DNA from: Eledone cirrhosa
Lineage: Eukaryota
DNA: 64,000 bases
Direction of reading: 5' to 3'
Assembly: GCA_964016885.1 (NCBI GenBank)
Contig: OZ024745.1
Coordinates: 32,798,001 to 32,862,000, forward strand
Shown here one piece after another: positions 15,145 to 28,620 of the stretch (its first letter is position 1; each line of letters begins with the position of its first letter). A program made the translations under genes and the position numbers. A model generated the notes under the pieces. The model was given only the letters and a program-made list of their open reading frames with translations. It was not told where the DNA came from and did no database searches.

Positions 15145-16009
15145 CTGAAAATAGAAGCAAATTATTTAATTATTCTATTGAAAACTAAACTAAAGTAAAT
15201 AGGAAAGAGAATAAAACTCTACTGCCATCTGGGAAATAGCTGTGTTCAATATGCCGAAAAGGAGTAGATAGAAACTCCATTCAGTATGCCAAGTATATAC
15301 AATAGATGTATAAGAGATGTAATGGTATCACACTCAGGCTAACAGAGAAAATAGACTTCATATGTGACATGTATATAAGAGCAGTCAACAGTAAGGTTAC
15401 CCATGAAATGTGTTCACTAGAAATAATAGATAGTTTTTGCAATCTAGGCAATTAACCTCATTAACAATGTAGGTGAATGTACTGAAAGTGTTATAGTGAG
15501 GAGAATTACATAATTCTAACAGTAAATGAGTTCAAGGGTAGATTTACCCAGCATATACACTTCTTTAGATGCAGGAACAAGAAGAATTCCATCTCCCTTT
15601 CCTGTTTCATCTGGAATGTCTATGACCAAGGGTACAACATCTCCAGCATTAAATGGTGTATCCTAGACAGAGCACCCCTTTACTGCCCAGGAGACAACTT
15701 TCAACTCTGCATCCACAAGAAGTTGCATATAATGTAGCAACCTGTGATATCCATCAAAAGAAAAACTGATTTAACATTTTTCTGCCACAGAAGTGTTCTG
15801 TTAACCACTAGACCCAGACATTCCATAAAGAACACCTTAGCTCTACTTGACTCATATGTATGTGTGGGGCAGGCAGCCACCACCCTCAGACCAGCATGTA
15901 CACCATAAAAATGCCTACATCACTCTGTTACCAACTTCAGACCCCTGCTCCCACCAAAAAGGTCATTAAATACATCAAATATTCAGTCTGCCAGTGACAC
16001 AGTGTAGAA

Positions 16010-16211
16010 CAGGCATGTCAAACATGCAGCCCGCGGGCCGCATGCAGCCTTTTACAAGCACACCTGCAGCCTACACAAAGGTTTTTACAATGCGAGCATG
16101 TTTTATTTTCATAAAATTAGTTGTATGTGCGGAATTAGTTGTCGTGTGTGGCCCTCAGGCAACACGTATGACCCATATGGCCCTCGGGGGACCCTCAGTT
16201 TGACATACCTG
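16010..16211. mobile_element. hAT (Charlie/Buster-type) MITE
   Basis: TIRs CAGGCATGTCAAAC...GTTTGACATACCTG; perfect 8-bp TSD GTGTAGAA (16002-16009, 16212-16219) with central TA; subterminal GCCCGCGGGCCGCATGC. Confidence 0.9.
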
Positions 16212-16424
16212 GTGTAGAAGACCTACCAGACTCAATGACACTGCCAGGGCACTATTAAATATATTTAATGTTGCTAAAAGTTAATGGTGCCACTGACTTA
16301 TTATACTGATTTACTAACACATTCATGTGGTCTGAACAAATGGTGGCTCTTAACATACTCCTAAGCTACATTTTCTTGTTTTTTTTACTTATTTTGAGGT
16401 ACTTGACTGAATCAGACATGTTTC

Positions 16425-16680
16425 ATCATCATCATCATCATCATCGTTTAACGTCCATCTTCCACGCTAGCATGGGTTTGGACAGGAATTTTCCCACTTG
16501 AGGCAAGATTGGTTGTCTTGCTCGTATAGGACTGTCTGGCGGGTTTTCTACGGCTGGATGCCCTTCCTAACACCAACCACGTTTATAGTGTGGACTGGGA
16601 GGTTTTTACCGTGTTACCTACACGGCCACATTACAGCGTGGACTGTGTGTGTTTTTTTGTCGTGACACCAACACGCCCGC
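16425..16680 (-). mobile_element. (ATG/CAT)n-tailed SINE-like retroposon, 3' part
   Basis: CATCATCATCGTTTAACGTCC...CGGCTGGATGCCCTTCCTAAC; homologous copies at 16780-17022, 17234-17710, ~17765-17965 and 25920-26108. Confidence 0.75.
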
Positions 16681-16779
16681 ATTTGTTTCAAAAATTGCTG
16701 GTAATGCAGAAATAAGTCATACTGTTAATATAAATACTTTCAACTTCTACATTATTGAATATATAGTATCGCGTAGGTG

Positions 16780-17022
16780 TCATGACAAAAAGCACCCAGC
16801 CCACACTGTAAAGTAGTCATGTAGGAGTCATGACAAAAAGCACCCAGCACACACTGAAAATGTGGTTGGCATTAGGAAGGGCATCCAGCTGTAGAAATCT
16901 AGCCAGAAACAGTTCCATATGAGCAAGACACGGTCACCTGACACAACTTGCCTCAAATGGGACAACCTGGCTAACCCATGCTAGCATGGAAAATGGACGT
17001 TAAGCAATGATGATGATGATGA
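16780..17022 (+). mobile_element. same (ATG)n-tailed SINE family, opposite orientation
   Basis: GTTGGCATTAGGAAGGGCATCCAGC...CATGCTAGCATGGAAAATGGACGTTAA followed by (TGA)n. Confidence 0.75.
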
Positions 17023-17043
17023 TTATATATATATATATATATA

Positions 17044-17230
17044 TGAGGATCAGTTGAAAAATTCATAAGCTGACCAAGATACTCTCATGGAATGACCAAA
17101 TGAGGTTTATTTTTCAACATAGTCCCTGGAATGCAGTTATTAATAAGAAGAGTTGAAAATGCATGCAAGATTTCACAACACTAGCATCACTCCTTCATAG
17201 TCAGCCTATGAACTTTTCAGTCAACCCTCC
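17044..17230. mobile_element. Tc1/mariner-type MITE
   Basis: TA-flanked, with imperfect ~29-bp TIRs (GAGG..AG.TGAAAA.TTCATA.GCTGAC); related copies at 24124-24321 and 34179-34376. Confidence 0.75.
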
Positions 17231-17233
17231 TAA

Positions 17234-17710
17234 TCATCATCGTTTAACGTCTATCTTCCACGCTAGCATGGGTTTAAACGGGAATTGTCCCACTTGAGGC
17301 AAGATTGGTCGTCTCGCTCGTATAGGACTTTCTGTCAGGTTTCTACGGCTGGATGCCCTTCCTAACACCAACCACGTTTACAGTGTAGACTGGTAGGTTT
17401 TTACCGTGTTACCTACACGGCCACATTACAGCGTGCACTGTGTGTTTTTTTTGTCGTGACACCAACACGATCTCATTTATTTAGGACTGGATGTTGTGAT
17501 ACCAACAAAACTTTACAGAGAAAGGGGTGGTGTTGAAGGGGTGGGGGAGTTGGGGTAGGGGGGGGGGGGGGGGGTATTTGATTAAGAAGTGCCTACTGAC
17601 TGTAGGTTTTGCTTTGTACTTAGGCAAGGCGGGTCTTCTGTATTACTGCATAGCGCCAAAGATCTCGGTCCAGTGATATTGTCTTAGAGAGGTGTAAGTG
17701 TGTAAGGTCG
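17234..17710 (-). mobile_element. (CAT)n-tailed SINE-like copy with internal G-run
   Basis: First ~230 bp closely match 16435-16675. Confidence 0.7.
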
Positions 17711-18673
17711 GAATTTATCAAATCGTCCCAGGTTTTTCTGGGTCTGCCTACTCCGTAATATAATCATCCTCTTTTAACTTCTATTCTTCCAGGCTGGTAT
17801 GGGTTGGATGTATTGTCATAGACCAAGTCAGTACTTAATCAGAGTTTTTTCCTCCCAAATGGGTTGGGTTCATGTCTCATTTACATTCTAGTTTTGGTAT
17901 GGTTTCTACAGCTGGATAACTTTCCTACCACTATCCACACTACATAGTGTACTGAGTGCAGTTTATCATGGCAGATGCATTAAGGGAAGTTTTTGGCTTG
18001 ACTGAAGAGCTGTTTTAACTGTATATGGATAAAAGAGAGGAAGGGGGGAAGGATGACTTGTCCCAAAGCAGCCATGCTTCAGGAGTGAGAATAGGAGGGG
18101 AAAGTCAAAATGACAAGTATGATGCCATATGACAAGTGTGGTGAGAGTCTTGTAAGATAGAGTTGAAAGGTACAACAATGATGAAAATAGTTACTAAAGA
18201 ACATTGATGAAGGATTTGGGTATAAACAGGGCAGAGATGACATTCTCTACATGGTAGTGGCACAGAGGATGCATTAGCTGGTTGGGGTGGTAAAGTGATA
18301 CATAAACAGTTTAGGCCAGAAATGAATGGCGCTCACAAACCTGGAAAAAACAAAAATAAAAAAAGAAGCCCTGATACGTTAAACACAAGCATGCCAAACT
18401 TTCTCATTATTAAGCCAGCTTTTGGAACATAAGAAAAGTTGTTACACAAAAGGTTTTAAATAAATATAAATACTTTAAAATAAACAGCTTTGTATCATAG
18501 AACCAGAGACATATCATTAATGTATTAGTTCATGATGAAATTATTATGTCTCATAGATGCAAGCAATAACTGGTGTGGGTTCTCTGCAATGAAATGTGTA
18601 CAAGAGAAAATTTTAAAACTAAGAAAGTAGAGAAATAAATAGATATAGTAAATGACAATTGTTTCTTACTTAC

Positions 18674-18816
18674 AGGGAATGTTAATTGGTGATCAAACTT
18701 CAATTCTTTTTCATGATCAGTAATATCACCATTGTAAATTGCTTGGCCTGGTGATGTTTTGTAACCTGTTGGCAACTTAAATAGGCGATAGGTAACAGAA
18801 ACAAATTTTATATCCC
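18674..18816 (-). CDS. AS3MT: AS3MT coding exon 7 (GDIKFVSVTYRLFKLP...FDHQLTFP)
   Basis: ccag acceptor and gtaagt donor; 143 nt; conserved FVSxTYRLFK motif. Confidence 0.95.
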
Positions 18817-19613
18817 CTGGAAATATAAGAAATATATCTATTTTAGAACTTTGAGGCAAAGGTGCTCATTTTCTGGGGCAACTTAATCATTACTGACTTG
18901 GTATAATATTGTTAAGTCACTTACATACCAAGATCTACCATTGTTTTAATGTTCTGCTTTGTAGCTGGCAAGGATCTTTCTTTGTAAAACTTATGAAAAT
19001 GGTGGTGACTAAATGGAAACAATTTAGAGTAAAGAGAACTTTACTTTATATTGTCGAGTACATGACAACCTTTCTAGTGCTGGTGCTATTATAAAATGCA
19101 CCTAATTCGATCTGTGAAGTGATAGTACTGATAGCACAATAAAATGTACACATTACATTCTGCAAAGTAGTAATGCTCGTGCCACAATGAATTGCACCTA
19201 GTACCCTCTGTAAAGTGGTAGTGTTGGTGCTATGATAAAATGCATCCAGTACACTCTGTAAGGTGTTTGGAAACTATCCCAAATATGGAATGTATGAGCA
19301 AGATAAGATCCCTCTGAGCTGTCTAATCTCAAAGCATGACAGCCTGCCCAACTGATACCAGCAGACATACTAATATTACTAATATTACTTTAATCATTTT
19401 AGCAAATACAGGAAACTACTTCAGTCATAGTTCTATCTTATTAGACTCCTCGGTAAACCACAGACTTAACTGAACTTACAGAAACAGTGATGAGAGAATC
19501 ACTAATTAAATTATAATATTGAACATGAGTAAACATCAAATATAACTCACTATACTTTGAGCAAATTACAAAGCCATCCTTATCAGCCCTAATAATATAA
19601 TAACATGCCTTAC

Positions 19614-19745
19614 CAAGAATCTTCTTGAAATCTTCTCTGTCCACAATTACTGGAGAAACACTCACAATGCGTGCTTGACTAAATCCAATATCCCCAGCAA
19701 GTTCGTGAAGATTTTTCCAATAAAGTGCTCCAGATATACATTCTC
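19614..19745 (-). CDS. AS3MT: AS3MT coding exon 6 (ECISGALYWKNLHELAGDIGFS...DFKKIL)
   Basis: cag acceptor and gtaagg donor; 132 nt; GEC.SGALYW motif containing an As-binding Cys. Confidence 0.95.
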
Positions 19746-21672
19746 CTGTTGTGATTTGAGAGTGAAATAAGTGACTACTTAAAAAATATATACTTGAACA
19801 AGCTTATAAAGAAAATATATTTTGTAGCTAGAGAAAATTAAAAAAACATGGCTTTGAGATCAAGACACTGGATAAACTAAATTCTAAACATATTGCAGTC
19901 ATTGTATTGAGCACCTATAGGAAGCAGAAAAACCAGTAAAGGGAGCTGTCTGTGTGATTGGCTTAAATGGTTGAGTGACCTTAGAGTTGACTGAGGGAGT
20001 AATTGTTTCTAAAAATATCTATCTTAGTATTTCTGTCTGTAATGCTGGCATTCTTAGTTTGTCCATTGGTGTTAAAAATTGACCTGCAGTGTGACTGTTT
20101 CTAAAGATATCTTTCTTAGCTTTTAAATGGGGTTTGGATTTATGTCCATTTCTCAAACATAAAAAAGGGTGGTCGGCTTATATTCGAGTATATATGGTAA
20201 ATCTCTTACAATATTTGTTTTACACCCAGTCATAGATACTGTTATTTCCATTTTCAGATTAGCCATTGAAAACTTGTAACAACAATACCATAGTTAAACA
20301 ATTGCAGTGTTAGTGTGCATGAACAACAGGACACGAATGAACTAAGAGAAAAGTTGGGTGTGAGAAGAATCAGATGTGGTGTGCAAGAGAGAAAACTGCA
20401 CTGGTTTGGACATGTGATGCATACATATGGGTGAGGAATGCTAGCTGAAGTGCAGGGTGATGACAGTGGAAGAAAACTGCAGTAGAAGACTAAGAAAAAC
20501 CTTGAGAGAAGTGGTGAGCTTATATGAAAACACTGCACCTCACAGAGGAGATGACGAAGGAATGCTGCGAGTGGAGGGAGGCTGTATTGGAAAGGACCTG
20601 TTCAACCCATGCAAGTATGGAAAAACAGACATATGATGATAATGATATAAATGAATAAAGCAAACTTCTTTACCCCGTGACCAAGCCTACATATATAAAA
20701 TCAATTCAGTTCTCCAAGATCTTATCTTTCAATACAAATATTAGTTTCCCATACACTAGACCAATCAACAGGGACATACATAGTAGACTAAATCAATACC
20801 TTGTTCTATCTCTGTTACTCAAGAATGAAAGATAAATTTCAGTCTCAAAGTTTGTGACCTTGCAACTGAGAGGGATGAAACTAAATACTTGTTGACAAAG
20901 GCAGTGAATTGATAGAAATGCTGAGGCATTGCATAGAATGCCTTGCAGTATTTAGTTATGGCCATTTACATTCTGAGTTCAAATGCTGCCAATGTTAACT
21001 TTGCATTTCATCCTAATGAGAGTCAGTAAAATAAAGTACCAGTCAAGTACTGAGATTTATTTAATCATCTAAACCCTCCCTCAAAACTTTTGGTCTAATG
21101 CATATATTTGAAACTTTACATTTCATCCTTTTGGGGTTGATAAATAAAGTACCAGTCTGAGGACATTGTCTCTTTCTTACATCTCTTTCTTACATTTTCT
21201 CTCTCTCAACTCAAACCTAACCATTTTAAGGGTGGTGGATTGACAGAATCATTTGAGCATTTGACAAAATGCTTTGAGGTATTTAGTCATGACTCTAAGT
21301 TGTGAGTTAAAATCATGCTGAGGCCAACATTGCTTTTTATCCTTCATTGGGTGGGATTAACAAAATAAAGTACCAATCAAGTATTGGAGTCAATATAATC
21401 AGTTTTCCCTTCCCTACAATATTGCCTCTATTAGAAACCATTACTATAAAGGCAGAGTATGGCAGAATCAGTAGATTCCCAGAAAAAAAATACCATACAG
21501 TAATTAATTTTATTACATTTCTCAGTTCAAATTTTACCAGATTTGTCACACAAGTTGTGGTGATTTCTCCTCTAATCTCAGGGACTCTACATAGCTTTGG
21601 GTGCTGCACAGTCCTTCATTCTATGATTAAACAATAAAAAATGTTAATGCCTAATTGAAGGTAGTTTATTAA

Positions 21673-21904
21673 CCCTTTCAAGTCTGCATGTCTAATGAAA
21701 TACACTCTGTTACAATTAATTAATGAAGAATGTTGAGGGGGTGTCTAAAACTATTAATTATTTCATTACTAAGACAGTAAATCAATATAAGGTTGTTATA
21801 TAAAATTATATTGGAAGATTTTAATTTAAAATGGAAACCTTTAAAATGGGTGACTTTGTTTCTTAGAACCAGAGCTGGTTTTGGCCAGGTTGGTAAGAAA
21901 AGGG
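21673..21904. mobile_element. piggyBac-like MITE
   Basis: TTAA|CCCTTT ... AAAGGG|TTAA termini. Confidence 0.7.
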
Positions 21905-23209
21905 TTAAAACATCAGATATAATGCTTTGTGGTATTTATTCTGACCCTCTGCACTCTGAGTTCAAATCCCACCAAAATTACTTTGCTTAAAATACCAGTT
22001 TAAGGTGATGGATTGGCAGAACTGTTATCAATGTTTTTGCAAGAGGCATAATCCTCACATCTTATTTCTCCTACATTTATAATTCTGAAGCCATGTCTTG
22101 ATTTCAAACAAATATTTGCACTGCCAAAATGAATGACATTTCTATGTATTCTCTTTGTTTGTGTGCAACAGGATTTCTTTAAAGGCCATCCCTTTTTCAA
22201 GGAGTGCCAAAGAGGAAGGATGTTGAATTTATGTTATTGTAAAAGCCATTTCTTCTATTTCCTTGTTAGCAATAATAATTTAAAGTAGAACAATATCAAC
22301 AACAATGGTTTCTAACATAGGCACAATAACAGCAATTTGGGGCAGTGCTAGTTGATTAAATCAATCCAGTATTTAACTGGTACTTTATCGACCATAAAAG
22401 GACGAAAGGCAAAGCTGACTATGGCAGGATTTGAACTCGGAACATAAAGAGCAGGAATATGATGATGATGATTTCTAATATTATAAGGATTTTTAATATA
22501 AGCCCAAGGCCATAAATTCCAGAGAGAGTTAATTAAATCTACCAGAGTACTTGACTGTTAATTATTTTATGAAATCCAGGAAAGATGAAAGGCTAAGTTG
22601 ATCTCAGCAGGATTTCAGGAGGAGGAGGAGGTGGTCGTGGTCGTGGCAGAGGACATCAATAGAAGGAAACAGAAGATACAACAACAATTGTAATAAATAG
22701 TAATAATAATAATATAAAAAAATAAAAAATATCAACAAGTAGAAGTTCCCTTAATATGATGGGGACTGCACTTTAGAGTAACTCCACACAAAACCTTGGA
22801 ATACTTTGTCCTCTCAAGGGCAATGAAAGTACCTTCTCCCAGTTTCTTTCCTTCTGCTTAGAATAAGCCCATTCAACCTCATCCATCTTCCTCTTATCTA
22901 CCTTTTATAAAACACATATGAAAGCAACACCCCCAGACAGATAAAAGCTGCCTGTCTTTTCCAGCTAAAGGAAGGTGACGGGGCTATCTTCACAATAGAC
23001 TCACCTGCTAACCAGATCCATCCTACACATGCAATAAATGTAAGGACATTACAAGACCAAATTGCAAAACAGTGCAGGTTTTTGCAGAATCAATTACAAA
23101 AGTAAAAAAAAACAGGCATAGAAAACAACAACATACAAAAGATGTGAAATGAGATGAAGTAGATGAATATCATACTATATGTAATATAATGAGTTGAAAA
23201 CTGCATTTA

Positions 23210-23397
23210 CAGTATATACTTGAATATAAGCCGAGAAATATGTGTCTGAAAAATTGATGGTAAAATGCGCGGGGGGTCTTATATAAGCCATCAAAACAAT
23301 GTGTTGATTTGCTGCCTCGGCTTATAAATGGGTTGGGATTTATTTTTACCCATTTCTCATAAAATAGGGAGGTTGGCTTATATTCATATATAAACGG
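23210..23397. mobile_element. pogo/Tigger-like MITE
   Basis: TA-flanked, with TIRs CAGTATATACTTGAATATAAGCC...GGCTTATATTCATATATAAACGG; a right-end fragment lies at ~20120-20197. Confidence 0.7.
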
Positions 23398-23491
23398 TAA
23401 TCATTTCAACCAAAAAGAAAAGAAGAGAGTCAAGTACTTATATTTCATATTCAAAAGTAAGTAATGAAAAAAATTAAGGGATATAACTGAC

Positions 23492-23573
23492 CCCAAAGAA
23501 CTTCATGATTGCGAGCTTCATCAGGAACTTCCTGGCTGGCATAGACATCACTGAAATACAATTCTCCTCCTTC
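23492..23573 (-). CDS. AS3MT: AS3MT coding exon 5 (EGGELYFSDVYASQEVPDEARNHEVLWG)
   Basis: cag acceptor and gtcagt donor; 82 nt; GGELYFSDVY motif. Confidence 0.95.
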
Positions 23574-23791
23574 CTGATAGTTAAAAATACAAACAGAATA
23601 ACAGTTACTGAGAACAAAACATATACTCCCTCCTCTCACTTCATATATACTTATAAGCTCAAGGAAGATGTAATAGGACCCTATTCCTCATTCAATGTTT
23701 TGAATATATTTTCACCTATAGTATATTATGTAGAAAACTAGTTGGAATAATAACAAGGAAATATATCTTTTAGATTTTGTGAATTACTTAC

Positions 23792-23861
23792 TTTAAGCAT
23801 TTTGTAACTTTCGGATAAAACTGCTTTTTTATCAGGAGATAAATTGATGACACAGTTTGAT
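23792..23861 (-). CDS. AS3MT: AS3MT coding exon 4 (ISNCVINLSPDKKAVLSESYKMLK)
   Basis: cag acceptor and gtaagt donor; 70 nt; SNCVINL.PDK motif. Confidence 0.95.
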
Positions 23862-24123
23862 CTGCAACAAAAATATTAAATAATTAAAAGAATTGGAAAA
23901 GAATGAAAATAGTGGGGATGAAAAGTGAAATTAATAATATTACAGAAATTGTCAATAATTTATTTCTTATGTAAGGTCGGTCTCTCTCTATCAGTCTGTT
24001 ATTCTCTGCATGCGTGCGTGTCTCTCAGAATCAGTAGAGTACTAAACTAAATGCTTTGTAGTATTTAGTTATGTCCTTTTACATTCTGAGTTCAAATCCC
24101 ATAAATATCCACTCTGCTTTAAA

Positions 24124-24321
24124 CGAAGGTCATCTGAAAAGTTCTTAAGCTGGCTATCCAGGAGTGATTCTAGTGCTGTGAAATCTTGCATGTATTAATT
24201 TCAACCCTTCTTATTAATAACTGTACTGTTTCTTTCCAGGGACTATGTTGAAAAATAAACCGCATATAGTCAATACATAAGAGTATCTTGGTCAGCCTAG
24301 GAACCTTTCAGTCAACCCTCC
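24124..24321. mobile_element. Tc1/mariner-type MITE (family of 17044-17230)
   Basis: Same TIRs and internal sequence, in opposite orientation. Confidence 0.7.
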
Positions 24322-26208
24322 TACACATCTGGGGTCAATAAAATAAGTTTGTTTAAATGATTGTTCCTTCTAAAAACAAATTTGTGACCTTGCAAAAGAC
24401 TTCAGATTTATAGAGGAGCGAGTATGTTTATGCCATCTTCAATGGTGTCTAAAAGATCTGTAAATGAAATCTCCATCCAAAATCCATAGCCAAAGGAGAC
24501 CCTAGATGCACAGCAATGTTTTAATAGACTAATAACCTGGTAGTGCCTGTCTCTGTTGGATTCTTTTAGCTTTAAACACTCTCCTCATTCAGTAAACTAG
24601 TTACTGATGTGGAACTGTTTAGTTGCCCACCACGAGACATATATATAAGCCGTACCAGTAACCAGTAGAAACTAACTTGACCCTAGAATTGTTTTGTTTG
24701 ATTTTTGTCTTTTAAACTTACCCTTTTTTAAATTCCAATACTAAACTATGAAGTATTTGAATAATAGTTTCTAATTTCGACACAAGACCATCACTTTTTG
24801 TGTGAAGGAGAAAGTCAATTACATCAACTCCAATACTTTACTCATACTTAATTTTATTGAACTCTTCATCAGGATTTAAACTCAGAACATAAAGAGTTGG
24901 AACAAATACTGTTAAGTATTCAACTGTCATACAAATCCACTGCTTTGAGGTATTCAAATAATGACATGTAAATATATGATCACACCCATATTAGAATGGA
25001 AAAAGGCATATAAGTGTGTGTGGGGGGGGGGGGTATGTGTAAGAGGATGGAGTTTTGTAGATTAGGTGATACAAACCCAACAAAATTAGCCCAAGGTCTA
25101 AATAATACTCCTGCTGAATATGAGACTTGGGGAAAAGCCAGAGCATCACAACTTCCATTCTTTTAAGCCCTAAAGTAGTTAGGATTGACAATGAAAATAG
25201 TCAATTGTTTGCTATGATAAGTGGTAAACATTTACACTTTGGTCTATAGCCTTTCAATGGAAGTTCACCAGTATTTACTATTACTATTGTTGCCGAAACA
25301 GATATTCACCAGTTTCTTCAGATTCCATAATTTAACTTTGATCATCAAAGATCAAGCAATTGTCTAGTTATCATGTTATGATGTAGGACAAATCCTTATG
25401 TACAGTGTATATGTAATTCTTCTGTTCTTTTACGATTTCAGACATTTAACTGTGATTATGCTGAAACACTGCTTTTTAAGAGATAATCCATTTTATCAAT
25501 CCATAAACACTTATTTTATTAACCTCAGTAAAATAAAAAGCAAAATTGACCAAGATAAAATTTGAGCTCAGAACATAAATTAATATAACTAAATGCAAGA
25601 TGGTATTTTGTTTGAAACTTTAAAGATTCCATAATCAACTTCCTATGCCACCTGTAATTTAAGCTATTTTGAATCTGCAAATTAGACAAAAACCTAATAG
25701 TTTATTAACCTCAAATTTCTTTCCGCACACCAACTGGCCTATCCCCCCTCATAGTGGTGCCACCCAGTACCGGGTCCCAAAACTATGGCGACGCTGTGAG
25801 ATGGGTTAGGTTCCTCATATTGGTGCCATCCAGTATCAGGCTCCAAAACTATAGTTCCACTTTGAGATGGATTCAGCACGACCAACTGGCCTGTCCCTCC
25901 TCATAACAAAGCCATCCAGTTCCACACTGTAAATGTGGTTGATGTTAGGAAGTGCATCCAGCTGTAAAATACCCAGCCAAATTTAGTCCTCGTCGGAGCA
26001 AGGTATGGCATGGCCAACTCTAACCAAACTTGTCTCCCAACATGGACGACCCATCTAATCCATGCAAGCATGGAAAAATGGATGCTAAACGGTGATGATG
26101 ATGATGATAACACAAAGAAAAGATATGGTACCAAAATCTAGTACTAGAACTGGGACAAATAGTGAAATAAAAATATTAAGAGATTTTATTAGAAACTAAA
26201 ATACATAC

Positions 26209-26345
26209 ATAATTATGTTAAAACTGTTTTCCTCCAATCCTGCATCTGTGAGGTGCTCAATGTATCCTTTGACGAATTTGACATTGGGTTTCTTATAGTC
26301 ATAAAGTTTAGTGTGATATTCTATGTACTGATTAGCAACATCTAA
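26209..26345 (-). CDS. AS3MT: AS3MT coding exon 3 (LDVANQYIEYHTKLYDYKKPNVKFVKGYIEHLTDAGLEENSFNII)
   Basis: ttttttccag acceptor and gtatgt donor; 137 nt; NVxFxxGYIE motif. Confidence 0.95.
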
Positions 26346-27910
26346 CTGGAAAAAAGAAATTATATATAAATTTATCTTTATAAGATACCACATATTCTTT
26401 TATTACTATTAATAGCCTCTGTCATTAGACTGCAACCATACTGGGACACCACATTTTATTACTATTAATAGTACCAGTCACTAGACTGCAGTCATACTCA
26501 GGCACTACCTTCACAGATTTAGTCAATCATATCAGCTCCAATACTTACTTCCATCTGGTACTTATTTTATCACTCTCTATTTGTCAAAACCCTATGCAAT
26601 ACCAAATTACCATAAAAATGGACAATCATGCATACATCTGTATATTTGACAAAATTCCACAGTTTTAGTCTACCAAACTCCATTCACAAAGCATTGATCA
26701 ATGGTCAACCCAAGAATAAATTAGAAGACACATTCCCAAAGTGCTGTGCAGTAAAATCAAACCTAAGGCCATGTAATTGTGGAGTAAACTTCATACTCCC
26801 AGCAGAGTTATATGTCTGTAACTATAGTCACCATACAGAAATAGAAATACTTGTGTAAAATAATACAATAGATCATGGATTATACCAGTCATGACTCTGA
26901 CCTCTACAAATCTTTCTACAACAAATTGCAGAAAGTAAAACACAGGAACTTCTATGTGTTTGCTAGATGGAAGGAGACATTGAACAATGTAGTCCCTGAC
27001 ATACAAAACAAAAAACATTATATTCACAGCTGGTATATTTTTAATCCTAGTTTTGTTCAATTGGAGCTGATACATACATATTTTTTTAAATAAAAGCTTT
27101 TTACACATATATGTGTGTGGGGTATAGGCATGCACACATATTACATTTCAATTATTTTCAGTTTATAATAATAAACTAAAATCAAAGAGTTTATAATGAC
27201 AGGTGTCAAGTTATATTCAGACACAATGTTTCAGCTTCAGGTGTTATTGTTTTTATTAAATTCAGAATGTAGACATAGTAAACTATCAGTTTTTAAACTT
27301 TTGCACTTAATATTTTCCAACACAGACTATCATTGACTTCCTTCAATTCTACTGCTGAATTAAAAAATATATATGTCAACACCATCATCACTCTTTACAC
27401 ACACACACAGACACACACACACAGATATATGTTTGTACATATATACCAGTTTAATAATAAGTAAATATTCTCAGAGAAATTTGCACCAATAGAGATACAG
27501 CTACATGAACTGAAATAGATAGAATTTAATTCCTATCTACACGCATACATAAATGAAATTGCTTGTCTCATATTACATGTTCAGTTGGCCAATTTTGCTT
27601 TGACTATGAAGTAAGAGTGTCATCTAGTTGGAATAAAAATTACAGAGTAATAATGTACTTTTATTGAGACACAATTAAATGCCTAAAGTAAGGTTTCAAC
27701 ATATGACATGCAAAGTTCATGTTTTGACAGTACCACTTATATTTACAGCTAAAACAACAGCTGCCACCACCATCTACAGTATTACCAACAGAGGTGTGTG
27801 TTTTAAATAGCTACTTTGACCCTTCCATGATGTAATTAGTTCGCACTTGCCAACCATGTATAACTCTAAAATTAAGAATGAAATAAAGAAAGAATCTAAG
27901 ATTATCTCAC

Positions 27911-28061
27911 CTGTTCTTGTGTCATATCAATACCAACAACAAAACCATCAGCTCCAACTAGTTTTGATAAAACAAAACAATCCTGTCCACTTCCACTTCC
28001 TAAATCAAGAACTTTCATGCCTTCCAGGCACTCAGGAATCACAAGTCCACATCCATAATAT
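27911..28061 (-). CDS. AS3MT: AS3MT coding exon 2 (YYGCGLVIPECLEGMKVLDLGSGSGQDCFVLSKLVGADGFVVGIDMTQEQ)
   Basis: cag acceptor and gtgag donor; 151 nt; SAM-binding motif I LDLGSGSG plus YYGCG. Confidence 0.97.
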
Positions 28062-28347
28062 CTGAATATATAAATAGTATGTAAGCCAGCAGTTCGTTAA
28101 AACAATAATGAACAGACAAAAACGTAATTTGTAGAGTAAGAACAGACTCTTCAGTTGAGTCAATAACCAATGTCTTCTTTTTTCTCTAGAATATACAACA
28201 CTTCAAATTATGTTTGAAATGTTGGAATCCACATGCAGAAATCCCTATAAATAATAATAGCTTTAGAAATTGGGTAAAATACCAGCAGCCACTACAGACA
28301 ATCAAATTCATTGTCTCTTGAATTCTGGTGGAGCACATTACCACAAA

Positions 28348-28620
28348 GGAGGCACGTGGCCTAGTAATAAGGGTGTTGGACTTACGAATCTAATGTCATA
28401 GATTCCATTCCTGGACTGGGTTGTGTTCTTGAGCAAAACACTTCATTTCACGCTGTTCCAGTATACTCAGCTAAAAATGAGTAACAGCAACAGCTGGGAG
28501 TTTAACCCTGTGATTAACAAGCATGCTATCCAGGGGGGAATCTTGTATTCTCAATCACTTCATGCCAAGGAAAATATGATAAGCACCGGCCTGATGAGCA
28601 TCTGGGCTTGAGACAGACTT
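28348..28620 (+). mobile_element. tRNA-headed SINE (second family), decayed
   Basis: A-box-like TGGCCTAGT, degenerate B box, then GTGTTCTTGAGCAAAACACTT, a typical SINE central-domain segment. Confidence 0.6.

Noticed and set aside
15517-15663. Open minus-strand stretch after an AG (DTPFNAGDVV...) as an AS3MT exon
   Set aside because: No AS3MT similarity and a weak acceptor; the true next exon is 15055-15144.
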